The notes under the pieces are model-generated. The model was not told where the DNA came from, made no database searches, and was given only the letters and a program-made list of their open reading frames with translations. A stretch of 54,362 bases of DNA, the filler included, from Trichosphaerium sp. ATCC 40318 (Eukaryota > Protista > Tubulinea), in assembly GCA_038496445.1 (NCBI GenBank). It is 2 parts of 2 records of this genome, joined end to end, with 100 filler letters (N's around TTAATTAATTAA, not from the genome) between each part and the next. Parts side by side here need not be neighbours in the genome. Positions count along the whole stretch, not along the records: positions 1 to 30,818 come from JALMLS010000348.1; 1 more part is not named here. The stretch is one strand, 5' to 3'. The stretch's first letter is position 1, and every line of letters begins with the position of its first letter. Both the position numbers and the translations under genes were made by a program. Positions 11,154 to 22,618 of the stretch are shown here, in pieces.

Positions 11154-13006
11154 TTGGGCAGACATAAATAGCTGTAACGAACGAAATATTATCTACACCC
11201 CTAATGTACGTAATAGCTGGTCACAACAGTTCACCAGATGGACTACAGAACAAATGGATAATGTAACAAAAACTAACAACTGGCTTATAATAGCCACAGA
11301 CGGTAGTTGTTACAGCAACGCAGAAGTGGATTGCCGAGCAGGTTATGGTGTTTTCCTGAGTGAAAACTATAAAATTAGTGGTGTAGTACCCTTTGATACC
11401 ACGCCTATCTTTGCAGAACTATATGCTATAGAAACTGCGCTGAAAACTATTCCTAGAGGATGCAAAGCTTTGCTAGGAACAGACTGTGTAGGAGCCAAAA
11501 GTCTTATTAAACAGTACAAACTAGCTAGCGTACATAGTAGGAAAAAACTGTCTTACAAAGCAATACTATATCGCATTCATAAAGCAATGGAGCTAGTCAA
11601 TGTAAAAATAGTATGGATACCAGCACACACAGACGATTTCGAAACAATATCAATCACAGAAACAAAGAAAGAACACTTCACTAAATTAAGAAACAAATAT
11701 GGAGAAGACGTAGTCAAAGCGTTAGTGAAAGGTAACAAGAACGCAGATACCCTAGCAAAACATGGTAGAGATGAAGAATCGGAAGAAGTTCCGTTATTTA
11801 ATAAGATAGGTAAAGGGCATAACACGTTTATAGTCAGCAAGAATGGTATGGTCACATACGGCAACTACCAAAAAGTTCGAAAAAATGAAAACCAAACATT
11901 CTGGGATAAAAGATGGATTACTGAATCTACAGGACCAGCTAAATACGAACGTATAGACATGCACACATCTAACTTAATATTTCAGAGGAATGAAGCTGAA
12001 TATGGAAGGGTACAAGACTTTATATTTCGGCTCAAGACAAATAACCTTAACCTGAACCAAAAACTTAATAGCATAGCTACAAATATAGGAACACCATCCA
12101 ACTACATAGAAAAATATATGACAGAAATGTATGATGATGATAAATGCGAATTATGTAACCTAGAAGAGGACGACGAAAGAGAAATAGAAGACGTAAAACA
12201 TTTCAACTACTGTGACCCAGAAAACACATTTTACTATTCAACTGGTGAAGTCATAGGTCAAGTAACACAACACCTCATAAACACAAAAGGCACCTTAGAA
12301 GGTATAGAGAAAGCAATTCCGATCACTGGACATTTAGAAAATAATGGATTTAAAAGCGTGCTAACTCCACTCTCCAAAGATCAAGACGAAAACAATACCC
12401 CACTACACGACCGAATTTTCAATCACACTAACTTATTCGTCAAATACAGAAACCCAAATAGGAAAATATCACCGGAATTATGGCTATTAGCCATACTAGG
12501 ATTCAACAAAAGAGAGTACACTAAACACCACTTTGCAATTACAGAATGTATGTACAGAGACTCGATGAAATACCCAACTTTCTACAACAAAAATACACTG
12601 GCGCTATTAAATGAAGAATACAACAAACAGCTAACACACTCTTGCTTTGGATACGCTACAGATTACACATTTCTTGGCCTATCTACACAATTCATTAGGG
12701 AATTAGATGTAGACAAATCCACCAATAGGCTACTCCGGAGGAGAGCGAAAGAGATGGCACATATGATACACCAAATAGAATTATATAAAAAGTATATAAT
12801 TAACAGGAAAGCAAATCATGCGATCAAACTTAAAAGAGTAAAAGAACGAGCGAGGAGGAACGGAGAGGAATATATGATCAACGAATACACATAACAAAAA
12901 AGTAAAGAGGACATTTCCCAGGCTAAGGCCTGTGTTGTACTATATATGTAACGCGAAATGTGCTCGACTAAAGTAAAACATAGTCAAATAAACCAAACAA
13001 ACAAAC
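11154..13006 (+). mobile_element. 5'-truncated non-LTR retrotransposon (RNase H plus Zn-knuckle-like motif) with (CAAA)n tail and 13-bp TSD
   Basis: TSD AGACCTAAAGCTG at 11141-11153 and 13007-13019. The 3' end is AATAAA-CCAAACAAACAAAC. The frame is open from the 5' junction and the segment is A-rich and intronless. Confidence 0.92.
11254..12894 (+). CDS. C-terminal part of retrotransposon ORF2: RNase H1-like domain and CCHC-like motif
   Basis: IATDGSC...AGYGV...AELYAI...TDC...VWIPAH...GNKNADTLAK (D-E-D-H-D), then CELC...EDVKHFNYC. The frame extends 33 codons upstream to the insertion point. Confidence 0.9.
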   Translation: MDNVTKTNNWLIIATDGSCYSNAEVDCRAGYGVFLSENYKISGVVPFDTTPIFAELYAIETALKTIPRGCKALLGTDCVGAKSLIKQYKLASVHSRKKLSYKAILYRIHKAMELVNVKIVWIPAHTDDFETISITETKKEHFTKLRNKYGEDVVKALVKGNKNADTLAKHGRDEESEEVPLFNKIGKGHNTFIVSKNGMVTYGNYQKVRKNENQTFWDKRWITESTGPAKYERIDMHTSNLIFQRNEAEYGRVQDFIFRLKTNNLNLNQKLNSIATNIGTPSNYIEKYMTEMYDDDKCELCNLEEDDEREIEDVKHFNYCDPENTFYYSTGEVIGQVTQHLINTKGTLEGIEKAIPITGHLENNGFKSVLTPLSKDQDENNTPLHDRIFNHTNLFVKYRNPNRKISPELWLLAILGFNKREYTKHHFAITECMYRDSMKYPTFYNKNTLALLNEEYNKQLTHSCFGYATDYTFLGLSTQFIRELDVDKSTNRLLRRRAKEMAHMIHQIELYKKYIINRKANHAIKLKRVKERARRNGEEYMINEYT

Positions 13007-13246
13007 AGACCTAAAGCTGCAACAACACAGGAGTATTAGCCTTTGTTTGGCTTTTATTGTAGAGGTATCCCATTCGTAGGTGATAAGGGTTTACTGTTAC
13101 CTCGTGCAGCTCCGTTGTGGTTTTTAGTCTTTTCTCCATCACCCGTACTCAATACTCTACCTGGCGTCTATACAGAATATAAGGTATCCAAAATTTAATT
13201 TCTTGTGTAGCTTCTCATTTTTGTCAGTAGCACAGCTCATAACTAG

Positions 13247-13640
13247 ACAGCACCGAGTGATCCTTCTTTTGAGGCTCAAAACCGTTTGTTATTATGTCCT
13301 ATTTTGTTTTGAGGTTACAACGCTCATGGTGCATGCATATACAGTGCTGGCGTTGCGTTGAGTGGTATTGCAGAACTGGTTGGTTTTTTTTTGTGTCTAA
13401 TAGTCACACACGCGTGCTGAGGGTTGCTACAGTGTTAGTTGAGCACCAAAGCTCAAAGGCGTTTTGTTGCAAGTCACAAGTTGCTTTACGCATGCAACTG
13501 GTCACGTACAGCACCGAGTGATCCTTCTTTGAGGCTCGCTCAAAAACCACTTGCTATTATTCCTATTTTGTTTTGAGGATACAACGCTCACGGTGCACGC
13601 ATATACAGTGCTGAGATTGCGTTTAGTTTTATTGCAGAAC
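13247..13640. repeat. Imperfect direct repeat, two ~130-bp copies (13247-13376 and 13508-13640)
   Basis: Both copies begin ACAGCACCGAGTGATCCTTCTTT and end TATTGCAGAAC, and share CCTATTTTGTTTTGAGG and GCATATACAGTGCTG. Confidence 0.85.
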
Positions 13641-14679
13641 GCTATTATTGTAAAATAGTTGTAAACGCCTTTTCGAACGTTTTGCAATTTTTTTCTGCCT
13701 GGTCACAACTTTAACTTCGGTAATGCTGCTTCTACCTAAATCGTAAGCCTGATGCATTGAACACTGCAAGCACAAATTCGTTGATGGAATCAATAATCAC
13801 TTTTTTGGTATTTTCTTGCTTAAAACGTACTTCACACCTAAACTATCGTTGAGGATTACGCTTACCTAATCTTTGTGTACTTGATATGTTTTGTTGTGGA
13901 TTTGTCCTTCCAGAACATGTGTAAGTAGAAACATTCGTTGCTCACGTGAAAGTTTAAAACTGTATGTTTACAGAATGATAATTTTGTTTGTGGTTGCAAT
14001 CACCAACATACTTTATGTAAATAAAGCCCTTAGTACGTTCTATATGTACTTTCTACAGTATCAATAACACTGAGTTTAGAAGCATTTTCACAACGCTACT
14101 TCTACATACTTCTTTTATGCGTTGCCTAATACAGACGTACGTACAGTGTCTGTCAGGCTTACATCGTAATTGCAAAGAAAGAAAGACATCAAGCACGTTG
14201 CCTACTAGGCGGAGTGTAATTGTGAAGTTTGCTACTTCAAGATATACAGAAGTCTTCTCGTCCTAGTTCATTTGTTTTCGTATGTTACTTTCCATTCCAA
14301 GGATGACTCAAAGACTCGTAATCATTGTACTGGCACATATTAATATTATCAGTATGTTACATAGATAACTGGCATCACTCCTAAAGAGAAAGTAATGATA
14401 CCTGAAGGAATTTACACGTGCAAAAGTCAGGCTGCACAAATGTGTATTGGAAATCTGTTGACTTGAGTTCCAACAACAATCTTGTTTCTACAAGTTTCTT
14501 ACACGGTGTAATGAGTGACATGTGATTTCGGCCAATCTCACCACCTTTGATGTGCAGTATTGGTTCACCAAACACAAAGATTTAATAGTTTATTAGTACA
14601 TAGAGTTGGTGAGTAAGCCAAGATTGCCCAAAGTTTTTGTCGTTTGTACAATGGCAAGTCAAATCTTCAAATCTATCTT

Positions 14680-15280
14680 TTAGGTTTCCTGAACAACACG
14701 CATGGCCCCTTCCATGTTGAATAGCTGCATCACTCTGAAAGGAAATACTACCTCTTTTAGTGCCTTATTATTGAAAAAAAAGATCAGTAACACACTGTTA
14801 AAGGCCACTTGTTTAAACAATGTACTGGTACATAGTAAGCGATTACCATTACTGTTGTTATCAATAACACTAATAATATTGCAATACCACCAATTGAATA
14901 CTTCCACCAATCGTGCGAACATATGTTTTTGACATTGATAGTAAGTGAAAACTTGGTCGGATATGACTGTTGTTCCGCCATAGTTTTGATACACTTGTCT
15001 ATGAAAAACTTGTACTTTTGAAAACCCGCCTGGGTTCCAGAAGGACTGAATCAACCTAAGCGATTATAAACTGAAGAATAGTAATAGGGGTACCTGTAAT
15101 GTTCACTCGCCCTCCTTGACGGAAAGTAATGGTTTGGTTTGGCCTGAGGCTGTTGCCATTCAATACTATCACTATGGTTATCTATGCTCAAAGGAAATTC
15201 CACAGTTGAGGGCGTTTGCTCGGGAGCATTTGTGGGAGTTCGAGTAGGCGTAAGAGTAGGAGTTTCAAGTGGTGGTACAC
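14680..15280 (-). pseudogene. 3' half of a PT-stalk single-pass membrane protein, paralog of 24167-26196, 5' part missing
   Basis: ETPTLTPTRTPTNAP...KFSLTINVKNICSHDWWKY...VIAYYVP|ALKEVVFPFRV aligns with KFSLVVTINNTCSHWWTY...VAYYVP|AFRKRLFPFKV with the same last intron position. An L1 relic lies immediately upstream. Confidence 0.75.
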
Positions 15281-15419
15281 TAAAGAAAATCAGGAAGGTA
15301 CACAAGAAATGATAAGCAGCTTACTAGTCTATTAGTTCTATATGTGCTTCGTTTTCAATGTTGAAACAAGAACGCCTTTTCAATGATTTAGTTTCCTTTT
15401 TTTTTTCTTTTTTTTTTGT

Positions 15420-16495
15420 CACTCTTGAAGAGTGTTTTTACAATGCAATAGATTGCAACCAAGTCAAGTATGACTTTTCCTTCATAGACTTTCAAAAGCC
15501 TTCGAATCTGTCGATACTGCGTTCTCTCAGGCACTACAAAGTGCCGCCAGTCTTTGTGCGTATAGTTGCACAGTGTCTCAGTGACACAAAATTTCAAGTG
15601 TACGTGAATCGTACACTTAGTGAGCCGTTCCAAGTGGCACGAGGGGTGAAAAAGGTGATCCTTTGTCGCCTACTTTGTTTATCTTAACCCTTCAGCCGAT
15701 TCTTCATTGCTTGAAGATAACATGGATGGATTTCATTGTTTGTGTTTCGTCCTCTGAAGAGAACATTGGTGCTGTTAAAGGCGCCCTCAAAGTAGCTAAA
15801 GCTACTACAGGTCTGACTGCTAATCCTTCAAAATGGTGTATATCCAACTTGGATAATCCAGCCTTTAATAAGGTAACCTCCGCTGTTTATCTCGGCACTA
15901 CTTTTACAAATTGTGAAAAAAATATAGGTCTCAAAAATACTATTTGGAACATAGTTGATAAACTCAACAACAAAGTTTCCAGGTGGAAAAGCGTCACTAG
16001 AACGTTGGTGTCCAAAAAGGCAATTTACACAACATACTCTATCTCTTTATTCACATTTCTTTCGGTTGGTTAAAGCTACTCCAAGTCAAACAGGAGCGAT
16101 CCGTAAAGCCACGGTCAATCTTTTCTTTGGTTCGAAATTTCGGTGTACCAGATAGGATCTTCAACAACAGTGGAAAGTGTGGTTTTGATCTCATAGACCC
16201 CAAACGTTTCAATCTCGCACTATTGGCCACTCATTGGGAAGAATTCTTGTATGCGTATGGATCTAAACCGTACCATGGCCAATGGAACCAGTGGTTTAAT
16301 TATCATGTGATGTGGAGTAGTGGTAAAGCTTCATACCATTTTTCAGTATGTAAAGAAGCGTGGATAGAAACAAGAAGCACAAAGGGCTTACAGAAGCCCA
16401 AATGTACGTATTGGTTCTCAAAAGAATTTCTTTTCATCTTGTTTCTAAAGGACTTTGGTCCAATATTAGTATTGATCAAAGAGCGCAGTTGTTGA
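15420..16495 (+). mobile_element. Degenerate L1/Tx1-type LINE reverse transcriptase relic
   Basis: FIDFQK...VYVNRTLSEPFQVARGVK/GDPLSPTLFILTLQP...YLG...GFDLIDPKRFNLALL across frameshifts. The YADD motif is degraded. Confidence 0.85.
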
Positions 16496-16639
16496 AGCTC
16501 ATTTAAGCGAATCTACATTTGGAAACCTGACACTTCCAACATTGTCAATACTAGAATTCGCCATCGTCAGCTGTACACAAAGAACTATAAAGCTTCTAAT
16601 AAATAGAAAGCATATTAACAACATAACAAACGATAACGA

Positions 16640-16720
16640 CATTCCACATTTCCAATTTGAATGCGCTGCACTTGTTGTGTTAGTACCAAAGAAAGATGGT
16701 TCTAAACGATTTTATGAGAT
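16640..16720 (+). mobile_element. Tiny Ty3/gypsy RT-like fragment
   Basis: AALVVLVPKKDGSKRF matches the gypsy RT motif ASPVVLVPKKDGSLRFCVDY. Confidence 0.5.
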
Positions 16721-16760
16721 ATGGTTTATTACTTGAAAAAAAAAAAACTCACAATTATCA

Positions 16761-17121
16761 TAACGCCCTTCCGTTATGAATGAATAATTTGAATATTCAA
16801 ATACAGCCTACATTCACAAATATTCACGACTAAAAAAATTCATTCATTATTCATGCACATAGTAAACGGTCGAAAATTGTGCAATTTGATGGCTGATTTT
16901 GACTGGATTTGTGGGTTTTGGCGTTCTGTTGACTATTCCGATTCGGTTTTCAAACGCACCTTGTTGAATCTATCCATTTGGAACATCGCCAGGTGCTACA
17001 AACCAAAAGCTCCTCAACTTCCTGACTCACCAAACACCCCATGAATATTCATGAATGAATATTAATGAATATGGCTTACAGGACAATGAATATTGCTTGT
17101 ATTCATAACAGAAGGGCGTTA
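16761..17121 (+). mobile_element. MITE, 361 bp, 21-bp TIR, 8-bp TSD (hAT-like by TSD length)
   Basis: TIRs TAACGCCCTTCCGTTATGAAT / ATTCATAACAGAAGGGCGTTA. TSD AATTATCA on both sides. Second copy at 45741-46104. Confidence 0.95.
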
Positions 17122-17208
17122 AATTATCACACAGGATATAACATGATCATTCAAGTCTGCTCACTTTCTTGACAAACCTTTCAAACAAACCTTACTAATG
17201 TTCTCCAG

Positions 17209-18189
17209 GCATATGCACTGAGAAACCTTCAGGTTGGTAAGTCCATGAAGTATTTCTACTGAAAATACTGTACGGCTTTGGCTACCCTTGATATTGGTAA
17301 ATACAATCTAGCCATACCTCCTTTCAACAAATTAATCTCAGCACTGTGCATAATGCGAAAAACCAAGCCAAAAAAAGAAACATGTGAGATAACCAATACG
17401 CCAAGTTTCTTATTATTCACCCAAAATCAAATATTACATACCGAGGTAGTCCCATGATGTGACAGAAACCGTTGAGGTTCATTAACGTACAGAATAGGAC
17501 TTGTGTAGTTCACAATTTGGTTGGCTGGGTACATCCACAGGTGATGTTTTCAGCAAGAAAGTTAAGGTATATATTCTAGTCAAAAAGCAAGCCAACATTG
17601 TTCTCTCAGGCGATTCTTAAAGAGTTCTGGGATGGAGTACTTTTGGCAAGCGCAGAGAATCCAAACAGTGGGTTCGAAATTGAATCAACTCCAAATACTT
17701 GTTACTTATGGTGAATCATTAAATGACTACAAATGATGATCGTTTGTAGGTTGAAATGCAACGACTATACGAGCACCGAGTGTTATGATGTATTTGATGG
17801 ACAAGGAATAGTAGGCCAAAAAGGTGATGTGTTTGGTATGGGTATGTAAAAACCTTTTTTTTTACGACACTATTCTTAAGATTATTGTAACACATGACAA
17901 TTGTAAACGCTTTGTTACAACTTACTGTATAAGTCTACAACTGAAAACATCACTCGGCTAATCAAGCATTTACAACTATTCTATTTGTTGAGTTTTTGTT
18001 TAACTAACCACGTGACTAGGTGATCCAGAATTAAAGCCTGGATACTTTAGAATAAACCTCACACTTGAGAAGACAGGTCTATTACTTGTAAGAGATCGTG
18101 TCATTGAAATATTTAAAGGAAATACTACTCAAGTGTTTCCATACTCAAACATGGTTCAAGATGATGACTTCTTGTTGAGTGTCGGGTAA
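17209..18189 (+). pseudogene. C-terminal exons of an alliinase/tryptophan aminotransferase (TAA1)-like PLP enzyme, 5' part disrupted or absent
   Basis: Six exons splice in frame to ...KAILKEFWDGVLL...CYLWLKCNDYTSTECYDVFDGQGIVGQKGDVFGMGDPELKPGYFRINLTLEK...*. This resembles the Alliinase_C pattern AYAWxKCE..DCY..F....I....G..F....YVRLSL. Confidence 0.55.
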
Positions 18190-18609
18190 ACATCTCAAAA
18201 AAAACTCATTAGTAATAAAGAACTTTGAACCTTCACAATGCTAGTGTTTGTTGTACACATAATAATTGAATGGGTGCAACAAGAATAGAACTGCTGCTTG
18301 TCTTGAAACCCTAAGTACTTATTTTATTAATTATATGAGACCTGTGACTCTAAGCCAAGGCGTGCTCTATGTCTATCAATTGCATGTATCTTTTGTAGTG
18401 TTACTTTCTGTCGACTATCACGTGGTTTTTTTGTATAAACCAATGACCTCACCTCCTTTAGTAGTAAGGAATCCAAGTTATACCATATGCCTCAACGTAT
18501 TCTTTTGTAATAAGGGTTTCATGACTCTCGAGTGTTTTGAGAGAAGTCAAGTGTTTCAAACAATCGTTTGTAATCGAAGAACAAAAAAAAAAGTATCAAA
18601 TGTTCAAGA

Positions 18610-19110
18610 TTGATCAAATGCTTGAAAACAGAGTCTGTTACTTCAGAACAATTATTCAAACGTAACTTCTTGACATTGACCAATGATTTGAGTCCATCAT
18701 CTGTTATTGATTGTCCTTTGAAAATAGTAACAGTGTGGACATTACCAAGGTGTTCGAAACACCAGTTTTCTGGGACATTATTGTAATTTCATGTGCGTCT
18801 TTGAGTGCCTTTATTCCTTTACCTCTAATATTCGGACAGTTCCATATATTAATTGTGTGTACACCTCTGAGTGCAGTTAATGAATCATCTGTTATCTTTG
18901 TGGAAGCCAAGTCAATATGGTGTGCTTGCCTCCTTGTACTAATGTAAGGATACCTGAGTCTGTAATGTTTGATTCTCTCAAACTTATTGACTTAACACCA
19001 GAAAGGCAACTCAACTCATCACGTGATAGATCCAACCAACACAATCGTTGTGTTTTTCAGAAACGGACTGCCTTTGAGAACGCTACATTCTGATTTCATA
19101 AACGCCAATT
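18610..19110 (-). pseudogene. Frameshifted LRR paralog of 8195-9436
   Basis: IDLASTKITDDSLTALRGVHTINIWNCPNIRGKGIKALKDAHEI and GVKSISLRESNITD fragments in broken frames. Confidence 0.75.
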
Positions 19111-19617
19111 TTATTGCGAATGATGTTATTAATCACGTGAGAAACTGTAGATGCGTTAATACGTTGTTTTTTGTTTAAATGGCAAAAATGAGCACTAATG
19201 CCTCTGGTGTCAAATCGTCAAGTGATTTCTCTTGGTTCGCGTGCACCAAACTTCGTTTGCTTTGATGCATACCAGCCTGCAGTTTGTGACTTTGTGAAAC
19301 AAAGAAAAACATTGACATCACATTTTTTTGCTCTGATGCTCACAAGTAGTTTTGAAATCAAAGGTTTGTTGATTACCTCACTCGTGATGCTCTAGCTACC
19401 AGACCAAAAATTGTTGTACTTGATGTTTCTTGTGTTCCACTAGAAGACAAATTTAATATCTATTTTTACTAAAGACTTGGTTACTGATAAGAGCGTAGTG
19501 GTACTGTATGATTAGATACAAACTACCAATTAAACAAAATAGTTAATTCATTTCCAAAATAGTGGATTGTTTACAATATCAAAGAGGTTACACTAGGTGT
19601 TACGAAGAGGAAAACTC

Positions 19618-21881
19618 CTATTTATTAGCAGCATCCGGTTTTAACGATGGTCGAACTGACAGGAGATGTCTTACAGGTATTGTATCTCCTCGTTCTTCAA
19701 CAAAGCTTTGAATCAATGTTGAATCTTGGGAGAGGACCCAAGAAGTAAGAGTGTTTCTGATAACAGGGTTACATGCCAATAATCCGTATTCAAGAATCTC
19801 ATTCATTATCTTTATATTTGTTGCACTATGATTAAGGAGATCATTCATCACAAGAGATTGTAAAGAATCTATGCAATATTTATCAGATAACTTTAAGACT
19901 TTAAATAGAGTAGCCAAATCAAGATCATGAGGTATTTCATCAAGGTAGACAAAATGAATAAAAATGTTGATAATCAAAGGGTCTTCATTTAAGGTAATAC
20001 TATCGTTCTTGTCACCACTTGTCCCAAGTTCTTTAGATAGAATAGCACCCTCAAAGAACGAAGACCGACACATAAGTATAGACTACAGGAAAATAAATAT
20101 AAAGGAGATAGAGTGTAGTACAGTAATAACAAACCTTGTGACATTTAATACTGTCTTTTCCAGCAACAATGGTAAAGTCCTGAGTTTCCGATTCGAACAG
20201 CTTTTGAAGGGATTCTAGAAGTGAAGTCTTATCCGACACGCATTCTTTACGCTTGTGTTCGCGTATTGCGCATATGAGAGCGTTATCTGTGTTGCTTTTA
20301 GCATACTGTTCTTGGCTCAATTTAGTCAAGTCTGTTATCAATGTTGACAGCTTTCTTGGAACTATTATTGGTTGGATTGATGTTGCTAACGTTTATCAGT
20401 ATTCATTCAAGATATAGTTTTTACTTACGTGGTGAAATATAAGTTTTCTTGTCTATTTGGACCTCTCTTTTCTCTGGTATTTGTTTTACAAGGTATGGAA
20501 TGAGGTTTGTATTTTGTTCCATCAAAGAAACAAAAAGAACTTTAATAACACCTCTTGGATTTTCTATTCTTGAACATAAAACATCGACCATATACATGCC
20601 ACAATCATAAGCGTTCATTTTTCCTAGTGATAAAAAGCTAATAAGTATATAAAATACAAATAAAAAGGTCAAAAGGATGTTGTACCTTTGTAATCTGGGA
20701 AGAACTCTTTGAATTTTTCTGGATGGTTTTGTATTTCTTGTTCAAAGATGTCAAGCTTTGTCATTACAAGGATAATAGGAGCAGTGATGAAATTTTGATA
20801 CTTTGCAATAGTATTGAGAAACATACAGGAGTCTTCAAAGTCATACGTTGTATGATATACGAAATACAAGTAACTGTTGTTGCAAGTGAGGGAAAAAACT
20901 ACATAATAAGAAAAAAACAAGAAAAAAAAATGACAGCAGGTGAGGATACCTAATGAGAGATACACAAAAAAATATGCAGTCAGCACCATAGAAGCTAAGA
21001 ATTTTGATTTTTTTGCGTTCATGATAGAAACCTACGAAAAAAGAAGTAACAAAAAACAACAATCACAATTCTGCTGTTACCCACCTGAAGTATCTACTAT
21101 TTTATATCTGGTACCATCCACAATGTAGATATCTTCTACAACACCAGTGGTTAACGAATGTAGATTAAGAAGCTGTTCATTGGTCACAAAGAATGCATCA
21201 GCAGATTGACAGCAAACTGAAGCAATGTAACTGAAAGTAAAGAACTCAGCATGGAAAATAACAACAGACTTAACTCACGTTTTTGCATTTGTCTTGAGGG
21301 AGAACGGCATAGATTTAGACGTAATAGATGTAATCATGTTCATGAAAGCTTGGTCTTGTTGCAACCTGGGTCAAAGCCGTTAACCGAAAAATGTTATGAA
21401 ATAAAGAAGAGTACAGTTTCAATGTGTCAATCCGTTGTTGTGTCCAAAACATTTTGTCGGTTCGAGCCATAAAAGAGTTGACAGTATCTTGTGTCGTCTA
21501 ATATTTATGTGTAAGACGTTACGAAGTACTGTAGATATTGTTTACACTCTCCAGACTCGAGAATTCGGGTAATCGGGATACATTCCAAAAAAAACTCTGC
21601 AAAAACCATAAACCACGTCTATTGTACCAATCACTAAGCCTTATTTTACAAAACAATTTAAAATGCATCAATAGTGTTGATTTACCTAAACTCTCTTTGT
21701 AAGCAACAAAAACTGCCCATAATACAATAGTACCACTCTTGGATGGTCCTAACGGTTTGTTATTGGTTTGTTTGTATTTTAGCTGTCACTTACCTACTAC
21801 TAACGCTTTTTTGGTACAGGAGTCATGATTTTCTGTTTGAAACGCATTTTTGCGTTTTTGTTTCGACCCTTTGCTTCCCAT
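19618..21881 (-). CDS. Divergent G-alpha-like (pseudo-GTPase) domain fused to C-terminal BTB/POZ domain, multi-exon
   Basis: MGSKGSK (myristoylation-type start), ALVVGPSKSGT (degenerate P-loop), LTTGVVE, IVDTSGFYHERKKI...ADCIFFCVSL, PIILVMTKLDIFEQEI. Spliced in frame to LFESETQDFTIVAGKDSIKCHKSILMCRSSFF...FIHFVY...LKLSDKYCIDSL (BTB). Confidence 0.8.
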
Positions 21882-21894
21882 GCTTTACAACAAA

Positions 21895-21985
21895 TGTTTT
21901 TGTTTAGCGAAAACTGAAACAATTCAGTTGTTGTTTAGCGAAAACTGAAACAAACGTTTTTGTTTAGCGAAAACTAAACAATTCA
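21895..21985. repeat. Three copies of TGTTTAGCGAAAACT(G)AAACAA just upstream of the G-alpha-BTB start
   Basis: Copies at 21901, 21932 and 21961. Confidence 0.85.
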
Positions 21986-22126
21986 AAGAAACCTAATTTT
22001 GTTGCACACGTGATTTATCTACCACAGAAGAAATATCAACACGGTTAAATAATTAAAAGAAATCAAAGAGATCTTCAAAATGTGGTAGGAAACTTATGAG
22101 AAAATCCTGATAGTGTCTTTATTTGT

Positions 22127-22575
22127 CTACTGTTTTTTCTGTAGTTCTGGACATAGTTCTTCATAGTAGACCTACACAAAGTTTTAAATTCCGAAATGTT
22201 TGCAACTTTACTGCACATACCCCACGCAAGTGCCTGTTGCCTGAAAGCGCATTACGGCCATGAAGCATCCTAAATTGACATGTTAATTTTTTATCTCAGC
22301 CCATACCAAAAAAAAGACGTACTTGTAGTTATCATAAACAACAAACTCTCCTGGATTTAAATCACAACGATATTGATTTTCTGGATTACGAACAAGTCTA
22401 GTGAACTTGATATAAGCATCATACCATGTCTCAACGACACCCAAAGGCTTCTTCTAAAGAAACTGATAAGAGTCTTATCGATTTATGTGTATCAAACAAG
22501 ATTTTGGTTACCAGTGGTGCCATTGTGAAGTACGAGTATCTAATTTGTTTCAACTCTTCCCAAATTGAACATGCC
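22127..22575 (-). pseudogene. C-terminal fragment of a gamma-butyrobetaine/trimethyllysine dioxygenase-like (TauD-family) gene
   Basis: Spliced: ELKQIRYSYFTMAPL|KKPLGVVETWYDAYIKFTRLVRNPENQYRCDLNPGEFVVYDNYK|MLHGRNALSGNRHLRG|VY. There is no room for the N-terminal part before the Rho gene. Confidence 0.75.
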
Positions 22576-22618
22576 ATGAAAATTAGCATCAAGTCAAGGC
22601 TAGTATGCTTTAGCCGAA

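Larger units (their letters stand above)
10661..13140 (-). pseudogene. Degenerate gene with C-terminal ubiquitin-like domain, interrupted by the LINE insertion
   Basis: Last exon 10661-10702 reads IPLHLVLRLRGGG*. An upstream exon VFIKAVNKRIVYIDCDVTYS resembles a ubiquitin N-terminus. Putative first exon MEKRLKTTTELHE lies at ~13100-13140. The middle of the model is uncertain. Confidence 0.5.

Noticed and set aside
16853-17044. 63-aa ORF also present at 45824-46012
   Set aside because: It is the internal sequence of the MITE with no transposase motifs. Its conservation reflects recent copying.
21895-21985. Repeat-spacer-like triple motif as a mini CRISPR
   Set aside because: Spacers are only ~7-9 nt and are themselves related, so this is a simple tandem repeat.
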